The position numbers and the translations under genes are program-made. Source: Gemmata obscuriglobus (GTDB taxonomy: Bacteria; Planctomycetota; Planctomycetia; Gemmatales; Gemmataceae). Taken from it: a stretch of DNA of 32,000 bases. Each line of letters starts with the position of its first letter. The stretch's first letter is position 1. Positions 8,572 to 17,236 of the stretch are shown here, in pieces. Location of the stretch: assembly GCF_008065095.1 (NCBI RefSeq), contig NZ_CP042911.1:6690001-6722000 (forward strand). The letters are read 5' to 3'. Under the pieces are notes generated by a model. It did not search any database. It was not told the origin of the DNA and saw nothing but the letters and a program-made list of their open reading frames with translations.

Positions 8572-9138
8572 ATGGCGCGCGAAAAGGGCGTGTGGCTACT
8601 CACGGCCGTATGGCTGTCTGCAATCGGCGCGGGGCTCTGGTTTTGGGAGCGGTACGACACGACACCAGGAGCGGCAGGTGCGCCCGCCGCTCCTAAAAAT
8701 ACTCCACCGCACCGCTGGCTACTGACCGTGTTCGTTCACCCGCACTGCCCGTGCTCGCGGGCGACGCTCGCCGAACTAACGCAGGTGACCGGTGCCGCAC
8801 CGGACCTCGCCGTTCAAATGCTGTTCGTCGTTCCTTACGGCGTCGATTCAGGGTGGGCGCGGGGGGAACTCTGGGACCAAGCCGCGCGTGTCCCCGGTGC
8901 GCGTGTCGCCCTGGACCTGGACGGAGTGCAGGCGCGGCTGTTCGGCGCCGAAACGTCCGGGCACGCCACGCTGACCGCACCGAACGGGGCGGTGGTGTTC
9001 AGCGGCGGGTTGACGCCGAGCCGCGGGCGGGCCGGCGAAGGGTTGGCCCGACGGGCGGTACTGAGTTGGGTGCGTGGGGGGACCGGCGCCTCCACCGCCC
9101 CGGTGTTCGGGTGCGAGCTTTTGACCCCTGGTGCGTGA
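8572..9138 (+). CDS. Membrane-anchored thioredoxin-fold protein (CPCS active-site-like motif), family unassigned
   Basis: ATG 8572 with AGGAG 7 nt upstream. The track starts at TTG 8542. N-terminal TM helix VWLLTAVWLSAIGAGLWFW. LLTVFVHPHCPCSRATLAEL fits a beta1-CxxC-alpha1 thioredoxin pattern. It ends 24 nt before the kinase gene. Confidence 0.7.
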   Translation: MAREKGVWLLTAVWLSAIGAGLWFWERYDTTPGAAGAPAAPKNTPPHRWLLTVFVHPHCPCSRATLAELTQVTGAAPDLAVQMLFVVPYGVDSGWARGELWDQAARVPGARVALDLDGVQARLFGAETSGHATLTAPNGAVVFSGGLTPSRGRAGEGLARRAVLSWVRGGTGASTAPVFGCELLTPGA

Positions 9139-9162
9139 GCCGCGATCTGAGTGGGGTGTGCG

Positions 9163-12100
9163 ATGTCGAACGCAGCAGGAGCGAACCGGGCCGGGCGCGT
9201 CGTCGAACTGGCGGCGCTGGCTCGCGGGGCGATCCACCGGCGCACGGACCGCACGTTCGCTGTGCTGTTGCTGCTCCAATGGTTCGCGATGGTGGCGCTG
9301 GCGGTGTGGGTGTCGCCGCGCACCTGGTCCGGGGCCGACAGCCGCACGCACCCACACATCTGGGCGGCAGTCGCCTTGGGCGGGTTGGTCGTTTCGCTGC
9401 CGGTAGCTCTGGCGCTGCGGCGCCCGGGAGCGACCAGCACCCGGTGTGTGATCGCGGCCGCACAGATGCTCTCCGCCGGGGTCCTGATCCACCTGACCGG
9501 CGGGCGCATCGAGACCCACTTCCACGTGTTCGGGTCGCTCGCGTTCCTGGCCCTGTACCGCGACTGGCGGGTGCTGCTGGTGGCGTCCGCGGTGACCGCC
9601 CTGGACCACATCGCGCGCGGGCTCGCGTGGCCCGAGTCCGTCTACGGAACCGTTGCCGGGGCCGACTGGCGGTGGGTCGAACACGCCGGCTGGGTGGTGT
9701 TCCTGGACGTGTTCCTCGGCGCGTCGTGCTGGTGGGGCGAGCGCGACCTGACCCGCACGGCCCAGCGCGAAGCGGAACTGGAAGCGGCCCACGCGACCGT
9801 CGAGGAGCGGATCCGCGAGCGCACCGCCGAGTTGTGGCAGCAGGAAGAGCGGTTCCGCAGCGCGTTCGACAGCGCCGCGATCGGGATGGCGATCCTCACC
9901 CCCGAGGGCCGGTTCGTGCGCGTCAACCGCGTCCTGTGCGACACGGTCGGATACACCGATGAGCAACTGTTACAGTGCGCGTTCGAGGCCGTCACCCACC
10001 CGGACGACCGGCCCGCGGACGCGGCGTTTACGGCCCGGATGATCTCCGGCGAGATCGCCAGCTACCAGCGCGAGAAGCGGTACGTCCACAAGGCCGGGTC
10101 GGTCGTGTGGGTGCAGGTCAACGTGTCGCTGGTGCGCGACGCGGCGGGCCGACCGCACCACGTGGTGTCGCAGATCCTCGACATCACCGCCCGCAAGGAG
10201 TGGGAAGAGGTGCTCCGGCGGGCGACCGCGGCGGCGGAGGCGGCGAGCCGCGCGAAGAGCGAGTTTCTGGCGAACATGAGCCACGAGATTCGCACCCCCA
10301 TGAACGGAATCGTGGGGATGACGGAGCTGCTGCTGGAGACCCGGCTGACCCCCGAGCAGCGGGAGTCGGTAGGGCTGGTCAAGTCGTCCGCCGACGCGCT
10401 GCTGACGGTGATCAACGACATCCTCGACTTCTCCAAGATCGAGGCCGGCAAGCTGGACCTGGATCCGCTCCCGTTCTCGCTCCGGGACATGGTCGGGGAC
10501 ACGCTCAAGGCGCTCGCCGGGCGGGCCCACGCGAAGGGCCTCGAACTGGCTTGCGAGTTGCTCCCCGATTTGCCGGACGTGCTCCTCGGGGACGCCCACC
10601 GGCTGCGCCAGGTTCTGACCAACCTGGTGGGCAACGCGATCAAGTTCACCGACCGCGGCGAGGTCCTCGTTCGGTGCGAGCGGGTGCCCGAATCGGGGGA
10701 CGCGGTGGTGCTGCGGTTCAGCGTCACGGACACGGGGATCGGGATTCCCGGTGAAAAGCTGAAGGCGGTGTTCGAGCCGTTCACCCAGGCGGACGGGAGC
10801 ACCACCCGCAAGTACGGGGGCACCGGGCTCGGGCTCACCATCTGCCAGCGACTGGTGGGGCTCATGGGGGGCCGGTTGTGGGCCGAGAGCGAGTCCGGAA
10901 AGGGGAGCACGTTCTCGTTCGACGCGCGCCTGGAACTGGCCAAAGGGGCCTTCGCCCGCGCGGCCGAAACGCCCGTGGACCTCACCGACTTTCCGATCCT
11001 GATTGTGGACGACAACGCGACCAACCGGCGGGTTCTGGCCGAGACGGTGCGCCACTGGGGCGCGAAGCCGACGTGCTCGGCGAGCGGGCCGGAGGGCCTT
11101 GACGAGCTGCGCTGGGCCGCCGCAACCGGGAAGCCGTTTCCGCTGGTGCTGCTCGACGGGATGATGCCCGGGTTGGACGGGTTCTCGACCGCCGAGCGGA
11201 TCGTGGGCGATTCGGAGTTGGCGGGCACCGCGGTGCTCATGCTCACGTCCGCGGACCGCCAGGGCGACGCGGCCCGGTGCCGCGAGATCGGGGTGGCCGC
11301 GTACCTGGTGAAGCCCGTCAAGAGCGCCGAACTGAGCCGGGCCATCGCGGCGGCGCTCCGCGGCACCTGTGCCCTAAACGCCTCGCCCGCCGATTCACGG
11401 ACGCCGCGCGAGGCCGCGGGCCGGGGCCCAGCGCCGCAGGGGCCGCGGCTGCGGGTGCTGGTGGCCGAGGACAACCCGGTGAACCAGCGGGTCGTCCTCC
11501 GGCTGCTGGAGAAGTTCGGACACGCGGTCACCATGACCGCCGACGGGCGCCAGGCGGTCGACGCGCTAAGCCGCGAACCGTTCGACATCGTGCTGATGGA
11601 CGTGCAGATGCCAGAAATGGACGGATTCGAGGCGACCCAGGTGATCCGCCGGCGCGAGGCGGGAACCGGGCGCCACACGCTCATCGTGGCAATGACCGCG
11701 CACGCCATGAAAGGCGACCGCGAGCGGTGCCTTATCGCGGGCATGGATGATTACGTGAGCAAGCCCGTCCAACGGTCCGAGCTGACCCGGGTGTTGGACC
11801 GGGCGACGGCGACGGCGACCGTGACTGCAAACGTAGCTACACCCGGACCAGCGATACCGGCCGGGGCCGCGGAGCCGGCGTTCGATCGCGCCGGCGCGGT
11901 CGAACGCCTGGCCGGCGACGAGGAGCTGTTCACCGAGGTGGCAGGGCTCTTCCGTTCGGACTCGGAGCGGTTCCTTGAGGAGTTGCGCGAGGCCGTCAGC
12001 GGCGGGGACGCGGTGGCGGTCCGCCGTGCGGCGCACGGTCTCAAGGGGGCGGCTGGGTATCTGAGCGCGAAGCCGGTGGTGGACACGGCACAGGCGCTGG

Positions 12101-12219
12101 AGGCGATCGGCGCGACAGGCAATTTGAGTACCGCTCCGGTCGCGCTGGAGCGACTGACGTGTGAGGTGCGCCGCCTCACCGCCGCACTTGCGGCCGCGCC
12201 CGAACTGGCACCCGGCTAG
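9163..12219 (+). CDS. Hybrid sensor histidine kinase: 6-TM His-containing N-terminal domain, PAS, HisKA, HATPase_c, REC, REC, Hpt
   Basis: Six hydrophobic segments, including GGRIETHFHVFGSLAFLALYRDW. PAS region FRSAFDSAAIGMAIL..GRFVRVNR. H-box FLANMSHEIRTPMNGI. N and G boxes LTNLVGNAIKFT, DTGIGIP, GGTGLGLTI. Two receivers (LLDGMMPGLDG and LMDVQMPEMDG). Hpt motif AAHGLKGAAGYL. GTG 9151 is an alternative start. Confidence 0.92.
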   Translation: MSNAAGANRAGRVVELAALARGAIHRRTDRTFAVLLLLQWFAMVALAVWVSPRTWSGADSRTHPHIWAAVALGGLVVSLPVALALRRPGATSTRCVIAAAQMLSAGVLIHLTGGRIETHFHVFGSLAFLALYRDWRVLLVASAVTALDHIARGLAWPESVYGTVAGADWRWVEHAGWVVFLDVFLGASCWWGERDLTRTAQREAELEAAHATVEERIRERTAELWQQEERFRSAFDSAAIGMAILTPEGRFVRVNRVLCDTVGYTDEQLLQCAFEAVTHPDDRPADAAFTARMISGEIASYQREKRYVHKAGSVVWVQVNVSLVRDAAGRPHHVVSQILDITARKEWEEVLRRATAAAEAASRAKSEFLANMSHEIRTPMNGIVGMTELLLETRLTPEQRESVGLVKSSADALLTVINDILDFSKIEAGKLDLDPLPFSLRDMVGDTLKALAGRAHAKGLELACELLPDLPDVLLGDAHRLRQVLTNLVGNAIKFTDRGEVLVRCERVPESGDAVVLRFSVTDTGIGIPGEKLKAVFEPFTQADGSTTRKYGGTGLGLTICQRLVGLMGGRLWAESESGKGSTFSFDARLELAKGAFARAAETPVDLTDFPILIVDDNATNRRVLAETVRHWGAKPTCSASGPEGLDELRWAAATGKPFPLVLLDGMMPGLDGFSTAERIVGDSELAGTAVLMLTSADRQGDAARCREIGVAAYLVKPVKSAELSRAIAAALRGTCALNASPADSRTPREAAGRGPAPQGPRLRVLVAEDNPVNQRVVLRLLEKFGHAVTMTADGRQAVDALSREPFDIVLMDVQMPEMDGFEATQVIRRREAGTGRHTLIVAMTAHAMKGDRERCLIAGMDDYVSKPVQRSELTRVLDRATATATVTANVATPGPAIPAGAAEPAFDRAGAVERLAGDEELFTEVAGLFRSDSERFLEELREAVSGGDAVAVRRAAHGLKGAAGYLSAKPVVDTAQALEAIGATGNLSTAPVALERLTCEVRRLTAALAAAPELAPG

Positions 12220-12388
12220 CGGTCGCGCCAGCCACCGTGTCGAAACGTCCATCACCGCGCACTCGTCGGCCCGGTTCAGCCACGGGATCTTTACAGTGTG
12301 CCGGAAGGTCGTAATCGCCGCAAGATGCGCGCGATGGACTGAACGAGTCGTCCCGACGCCGGAGCACCGCCGCTCTGCGACCCGACTA

Positions 12389-13855
12389 TCACGGCGTCTG
12401 GTCCGATTTTGTCGGCAGCTTCTCCGGCGCAGCGGGCTTCTCGGGCTCACTTCCGCCGCGGACGCGATCGATCGTCGCGGACGGCTTCTCCAGGTCGACG
12501 ACCACTTCCTTGTCCCAGATGCGCTCCCCTTCGTTCGCGGCTTTGTCCAGGGCGCGCACGCGGACGTAGAACTTCCACACCTTATCGTCCGGCACCTCCC
12601 ACGCGTACCGCCCGCTGGTCGCCGTGAGGTTGTTGTCCAACCGGTACTTGATCTCGTTCCACTGCTTCGCGGAACGATCGAGAGACCACTCCAAGCTCAC
12701 CGGCTGCGGCATGAGGTTCGGGTCGACCACGGTCCAGGTGATCTCCACCAGCGGCCCGCGGACCCCGCCGGGCTTAACCTGAACCGCCGTGATCTGAACC
12801 TCGGGCGGTTTGGTGTCCACGACCACCAGCACCATCGCGGGGTCGTCCTTCTTGGGCGGATCGGCTTTCGCACCGGCGCCGCTCTCGGGGATGATGTAAA
12901 ACCCGTAGGTGCCCTCACGCTCGGCCTTGTACGGCAGCGACAGCTTGTGCGGCCCCTTGCTGTCCGGCGTCAGCTTTTTCTCGTAGCGGGCCACGTGCGC
13001 CCAGTCGCCCTGGTCCTTTTGAACGTACAGGTGAGCCGCCTGCACCCCGGACCGGCCCATCTTTTGAACGGTGGACTCGACGGTGAAGTCCAGCCGGTTG
13101 ACGAAGTCGATGCGCGGCTGCGGGAGTGTGGTGCCGGTGAACGTGCCACCGCCGCTTTTGGGCAACCCGACCATGGTGCCGGACTCGGCCGGGATGCGCA
13201 CCACCGGCGACGAACCTTCGTGTCCGGCCCGGTCGCGGGCGACCACCCGCACGTCGAGCGACTTACCTTGAGGGATCTTCCATGCGTAGCTGTCGCTCGC
13301 CTTGAACACCCGGTTGGGGGCGTCGATTTTGGTCCACTCGGAACTAGTGGGCCACTTGCACTCAAGCGTGACACCGGCCGGGTCCAGGTTGTCGTCGGTC
13401 GCGCGCCACTCGACGCCGCTCCCGAGCGGGGCGAGTTGGACCCGCGGGAACGTGGTGTCGATGACCACACGGATGGTGGCGGCAAGGGCGTCGAACTTCG
13501 GGTTCACTTCACCGTTCGCGAAGATGTACTGCCCCACGAACTCGTAGTCGCCGTCGCGCGGCGCGTCGAAGATGATGCCCTTCTTGTTGCCGTTGATGTC
13601 GCTGAGCCCGGTGAGCGGCAGCTTCGGCCCCTTCTGGAACGTTCCGCGGTTGAGCGCGTAGTAGAGCTGGATGTGGGTCGGCTTCGGGTCCATCTTCGCG
13701 ACCGCGTCCTGATCGATCGGGAACCCGAACGAGCGGTGCGGCCAATAGTACGGGCGGAGCCCGCCGAACGGGTCGTCCTGGGTGCGTGCGGCAGTAGACA
13801 GCGCGAGCGCGGCCAACAGACCGAGGGCGAAGCGGAGGCTGTTTCGAGCTCGCAC
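12389..13855 (-). CDS. Secreted protein with about three Ig-like/FN3-like repeats, hypothetical
   Basis: GTG start with GGGAGG 7 nt upstream. Signal peptide MRARNSLRFALGLLAALALSTAARTQ. Recurrent blocks VIDTTFPRV.., VVDTKPPEV.., ..YAWKIP/YAWEVP.. and VRVVARDRAGHEG/VRVRALDKAANEG. Amino-acid composition is normal, unlike the antisense 581-aa ORF. Confidence 0.75.
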   Translation of the reverse strand: MRARNSLRFALGLLAALALSTAARTQDDPFGGLRPYYWPHRSFGFPIDQDAVAKMDPKPTHIQLYYALNRGTFQKGPKLPLTGLSDINGNKKGIIFDAPRDGDYEFVGQYIFANGEVNPKFDALAATIRVVIDTTFPRVQLAPLGSGVEWRATDDNLDPAGVTLECKWPTSSEWTKIDAPNRVFKASDSYAWKIPQGKSLDVRVVARDRAGHEGSSPVVRIPAESGTMVGLPKSGGGTFTGTTLPQPRIDFVNRLDFTVESTVQKMGRSGVQAAHLYVQKDQGDWAHVARYEKKLTPDSKGPHKLSLPYKAEREGTYGFYIIPESGAGAKADPPKKDDPAMVLVVVDTKPPEVQITAVQVKPGGVRGPLVEITWTVVDPNLMPQPVSLEWSLDRSAKQWNEIKYRLDNNLTATSGRYAWEVPDDKVWKFYVRVRALDKAANEGERIWDKEVVVDLEKPSATIDRVRGGSEPEKPAAPEKLPTKSDQTP

Positions 13856-14010
13856 GGTGGACCTCCCTTGTGGCGCGGAGGGATCCGATGCGCCATGTCC
13901 CCATGATCGACCAGAGAAGCTGGGGAACTTGAAGGAAAGGGCCGCGACTGCGCGAGGAGTGAGGAGTTGCCGTTTGACATTTGGGCGTGCCCCTCACTCT
14001 CGATCCTCCT

Positions 14011-14730
14011 CTACTTGCCTTTCACGTACTTGGCTGGATCGGCGTTGAACTCGTCGCGGCACCCGGAGCAGCACACGTAGTACGTCTTGCCCATGTACGT
14101 GACCGGGATGTTCGCCGACCCACCCGACACGATGCACTCGGGCTTCTTCGCGCCGCCCGCGAACGACTCTCCGTCCTTGCTCCCTGACATTTGATGAACC
14201 GTCGAGAAAAGCCCTTTTCCGCCGTCCTGTTTTTCGTATTTCATGGCGAACCGCGCGCCCTCTGCAATAGTGTTCATCGTCACGCGGTACACGTCGCCGG
14301 TCTTGGCGTCCTTGCGGTCCACTTTCAGCGCGCCCTTGGCGATGTCACCTTCAAACGTCTGGGCCTCTCCCTTGCCGCTCGGGGTGAGCGCGAGCACGTA
14401 CTTTTTCTTGTCCAGGTTGTACCGCAGTTCGCCGCCGGAGAAGTACTTGCCCTTTCCCTCCGCGAACTCGACCGCGATCCACGCCTCCCCGTCCTTGAAC
14501 TTCCACCCCCAGGCCACCTTTTCCTTCCAGGCGTCCGTTTTGCCCCCCACCTTCTGGGTGCCTTCGAGGTTCCACGTGCCGACGAAGTCCTGAACCTCTT
14601 GCAGCGCCTTTTTGACCTTCGCCGCGTCGTCGGGCTTGGCCTTCTTGTTCGGTTGGGCCAGGCCGGCGGCCGAGGCCAGCGCGAGAATGCCGGCCGCAAG
14701 CGCGGCAAGGGCGGCGGTCCGCTGGAACAT
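14011..14730 (-). CDS. Secreted beta-rich protein with a C-terminal YHS (TRASH-like metal-binding) domain
   Basis: AGGAG 7 nt upstream of the ATG. Signal peptide MFQRTAALAALAAGILALASAAGLAQ. The C-terminus CIVSGGSANIPVTYMGKTYYVCCSGCRDEFNADPAKY matches the YHS pattern. Confidence 0.8.
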   Translation of the reverse strand: MFQRTAALAALAAGILALASAAGLAQPNKKAKPDDAAKVKKALQEVQDFVGTWNLEGTQKVGGKTDAWKEKVAWGWKFKDGEAWIAVEFAEGKGKYFSGGELRYNLDKKKYVLALTPSGKGEAQTFEGDIAKGALKVDRKDAKTGDVYRVTMNTIAEGARFAMKYEKQDGGKGLFSTVHQMSGSKDGESFAGGAKKPECIVSGGSANIPVTYMGKTYYVCCSGCRDEFNADPAKYVKGK

Positions 14731-14826
14731 CGCGTAACTCCTGTTGGTTTCGTGGAGAAGTAAGCGGCGGGTCGGGCAGAGTTTGGACGCGGTGCCGCCG
14801 GTTCAGTTCCACAACTCCATGATACC

Positions 14827-15105
14827 CTAGCCCACGAAAATACCATCCGCGGCTTCAGGCCCGAATGCGAGGGCGTCATTGGGGCCGTCCGGGGCCTCGT
14901 CGAACGCGTCGGAGGAGGTCTCGACGACCGAGGCGAACACCGGTCCCGCGATCAGGTCCGCGAACCCGCCACCGCTGTGGGTCGGTGGGTCGATTGTGAA
15001 CCGCTCCCGCCGCACGACGGTTTCGGTGATCCCGTCGGTGAACCCGGTGCTGTTCACGTCGCCCGCGGCCCGGTACGTTCCGCTGTTAGAACCGAAGAAG
15101 GGCAT
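14827..15105 (-). CDS. Small acidic hypothetical protein (92 aa)
   Basis: Internal ATG (MPFFGSNSGTYRAAGDV...) of track ORF 14827..15147. The first 14 track codons lie inside the palindrome arm. Third-codon positions are mostly G/C by eye. I recognise no family and the SD is weak. Confidence 0.4.
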   Translation of the reverse strand: MPFFGSNSGTYRAAGDVNSTGFTDGITETVVRRERFTIDPPTHSGGGFADLIAGPVFASVVETSSDAFDEAPDGPNDALAFGPEAADGIFVG

Positions 15106-15113
15106 AACCACCA

Positions 15114-15189
15114 CCGTTCGTGGGCCGAATGAAGTAGCGCCGAACACACCATGGCGTGTTCGGCGCTACTTCATTCGGCCCACGAACGG
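15114..15189. repeat. 76-nt palindrome with a perfect 34-bp stem around a central CCATGG
   Basis: CCGTTCGTGGGCCGAATGAAGTAGCGCCGAACAC (15114..15147) is the exact reverse complement of 15156..15189. The centre reads a-CCATGG-c with one A/C mismatch. Confidence 0.97.
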
Positions 15190-15415
15190 CAACCCGGTGC
15201 AGTAGGTTGTGTGCCGCGTTTGAAAGTGCGGCGCCCGCCCCCTGCGGAACCGGTACAGGTGGCAGCCGCTTTCGGGCGGAACAGGTCGCGCCCTTCAGAG
15301 TAGCCGGCGACGGCAATTACAAACGAACCGTTTAGTGCGATATCAAACAGCAAATAGCAAGCGTGTCGCCGCTTTCCTCCTGGCGGGATAGAGACGGCCG
15401 CCGAGATGTCGGGCA

Positions 15416-15607
15416 CTAGCGCATCCGGCAGTTGCGTGTCAGACTGATTGGCGCGAGATCTGCAAAGCGCACAGACACACGTCCCCCCTGCGAGTCGTCG
15501 CGAGCGTCGAGCCAGTCGGCAAACGCGAACCAAGCGGTATCATCGCCAGGGTTAGCGCGGACCGCGCCCAGGAACGCCGCTTCGTCCGACAGCGCCCGCT
15601 CACGCAA
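15416..15607 (-). pseudogene. TIGR02996-like (Gemmata repeat-companion N-terminal domain) fragment, probably a truncated remnant
   Basis: LSDEAAFLGAVRANPGDDTAWFAFADWLDARDD resembles the N-terminal consensus of this family (..DEAAFL.AI..NPDDD..RLVYADWL.E.GD). The ORF stops after 63 codons with no repeat region. It starts 12 nt after the prfA stop, at TTG 15607 or CTG 15592. Confidence 0.4.
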
Positions 15608-15619
15608 GAACGGTTCGCG

Positions 15620-16696
15620 TCACTTCGCTCCGTTGGCGGCGAGCTTCTCTTTTTTGACGTGGTCGCGCATCGGCTGGATCATCTGGTCGAGGGCGCCCGC
15701 CATAATCGCGTCGAGTTTGTAGACGGTGAACTCGATCCGGTGGTCCGTGCAGCGGTTCTGCGGGAAGTTGTACGTTCTGATGCGGGCGTTGCGGTCGCCG
15801 GAGCCGATCTGCTCCTTGCGCATGCTGGCCCGCTCGCGGTGGATGCGTTCCTGCTGCCGCTCGAACAGGCGGGACCGCAGAATACGCATCGCCTGCTCGT
15901 AGTTCTTGCCCTGGCTGCGGCCGTCCTGGCACTTCACTTCCATCTCGTCGGGGGTGCCCTTCTTGTACCAGATGCGCACCGCCGACTCGGTCTTGTTGAC
16001 GTGCTGCCCGCCGGCCCCGCCGGCCCGCATCCGCTCCCACTCGATGTCGTTCGCCTCGTTGATCTCGACCTGCGCCTCTTCGGGCTCGGGGAGCACCGCG
16101 ACCGTCGCCGCCGAGGTGTGAATGCGGCCCTGGGTCTCGGTGGCCGGCACGCGCTGGACGCGGTGCCCGCCGGACTCGTAACGCAGGAGCTGGTACACGT
16201 CGTCGCCGGTGACGCCGAACGCGACTTCCTTGAACCCACCGGCTTCACCGGGGCTGGAGGCGATCTCCTCGATCTTCCAGCCTTTCTCACGCGCGTACCG
16301 GGTGTACATTTCGTACAGATTACCGGCGAACAGTGCGGCTTCGTCGCCGCCGGTGCCGGCCCGGATTTCAATGATGAGTTTGGAAAAGTCTTCTGATGGG
16401 TCGAGCAGGAGCTTCTCTTCGATTCGGGCGTGGAGCGCGTCTCGCTTCGGGCGCAGGTCCGCCAGTTCCTCGTCGGCCATGTCCTTCAGGTCGGGGTCGG
16501 CCGCCATTACCTCGGCGTCTGCGATGGCCCGGCAGAGCCGCTTGTACTCGATGTACGGCTCCACGATCTTGGCAAGGGCGCCCCGCTCCTTGCCGATGGC
16601 GCCGGCTTTGACGGGGTCGCCGGCGATCGCAGGGTCGTAAAGCTGCTGTTCGAGTTCGGCGTAACGCGCGAGTTGCGGTTCGAGTGTGGGAAACAT
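15620..16696 (-). CDS. prfA: Peptide chain release factor 1
   Basis: RF1-type tripeptide PAT in RVPATETQGRIHTS. GGQ motif in RAGGAGGQHVNKTESAVR. Full length is 358 aa. Confidence 0.97.
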   Translation of the reverse strand: MFPTLEPQLARYAELEQQLYDPAIAGDPVKAGAIGKERGALAKIVEPYIEYKRLCRAIADAEVMAADPDLKDMADEELADLRPKRDALHARIEEKLLLDPSEDFSKLIIEIRAGTGGDEAALFAGNLYEMYTRYAREKGWKIEEIASSPGEAGGFKEVAFGVTGDDVYQLLRYESGGHRVQRVPATETQGRIHTSAATVAVLPEPEEAQVEINEANDIEWERMRAGGAGGQHVNKTESAVRIWYKKGTPDEMEVKCQDGRSQGKNYEQAMRILRSRLFERQQERIHRERASMRKEQIGSGDRNARIRTYNFPQNRCTDHRIEFTVYKLDAIMAGALDQMIQPMRDHVKKEKLAANGAK

Positions 16697-16732
16697 CGTT
16701 TTGGTGTCTGGTGTTCGGGTGCTGGGTGTCTG
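16697..16732 (-). promoter_or_regulatory. CA-rich ACACC-repeat 5' leader of prfA
   Basis: mRNA sense: CAGACACCCAGCACCCGAACACCAGACACCAAAACG|ATG. There is no SD-like GGAGG. It contains the 12-mer CACCCGAACACC. Confidence 0.4.
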
Positions 16733-16858
16733 ATCGGAACGGGCGCACGAGTATCGGGGCCGCTAAAGCGGTCCGAGGTCGTAAGCCGCCCGCCGATCCG
16801 AAACGTGAGACACAAGCCGCCCTCGCTGGAACCGAACACCGAACGACGCAGGCGTGCC

Positions 16859-17143
16859 TTACTTCTTGTCTTCGGCCTTCGCGTCCTTCTTGCCGTAGCC
16901 GGTCTTCTTGTACTTGTCGTTGAACTTCTGGACCCGCCCGGTGGTGTCGAGCAGCTTCATCTTACCGGTGAAGAACGGGTGGCTGGCGCTGGAGATTTCC
17001 AGCTTGTACAGCGGGTACTCGTTCCCGTCGGTCCACTTGATGGTGTCGGTGGTCGGCACACACGACTGCGACAGGAACGCGAACTCCGCCGCGGCGTCCT
17101 GGAACACGACCGGCCGGTAGTTGGGGTGAATGCCCTTCTTCAT
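16859..17143 (-). CDS. rpmE: 50S ribosomal protein L31, type B (no CxxC zinc motif)
   Basis: [16 protein letters not shown]...FLSQS....[27 protein letters not shown]. It lacks the Cys pairs of type A. GGAG lies 9 nt upstream of the ATG. Confidence 0.95.
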   Translation of the reverse strand: MKKGIHPNYRPVVFQDAAAEFAFLSQSCVPTTDTIKWTDGNEYPLYKLEISSASHPFFTGKMKLLDTTGRVQKFNDKYKKTGYGKKDAKAEDKK

Positions 17144-17236
17144 AACGATTGCTCCACAAATACAAGTTTAGGCTAGTTATCGTAGAGACGCATCGGCGGG
17201 GCGACAAGGCAGCGTCGCCCGCTCAGTCACGCGAGA

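Noticed and set aside
8848-11744. Minus-strand ORFs 8848..9966, 9970..11055 and 10062..11744, and plus-strand ORF 8751..9962
   Set aside because: They are antisense or off-frame shadows of the Trx-fold and hybrid kinase genes.
12161-13906. 581-aa plus-strand ORF
   Set aside because: It is an antisense shadow of the signal-peptide Ig-like protein gene (12389..13855). Its Arg/Gly/His/Val-rich composition is typical of high-G+C antisense frames.
14879-15316. ORFs 14879..15205 (+) and 15086..15316 (-) sharing the GPNEVAPNTPW peptide
   Set aside because: The mirrored peptides are created by reading through the two arms of the 76-nt palindrome. They are not independent genes.
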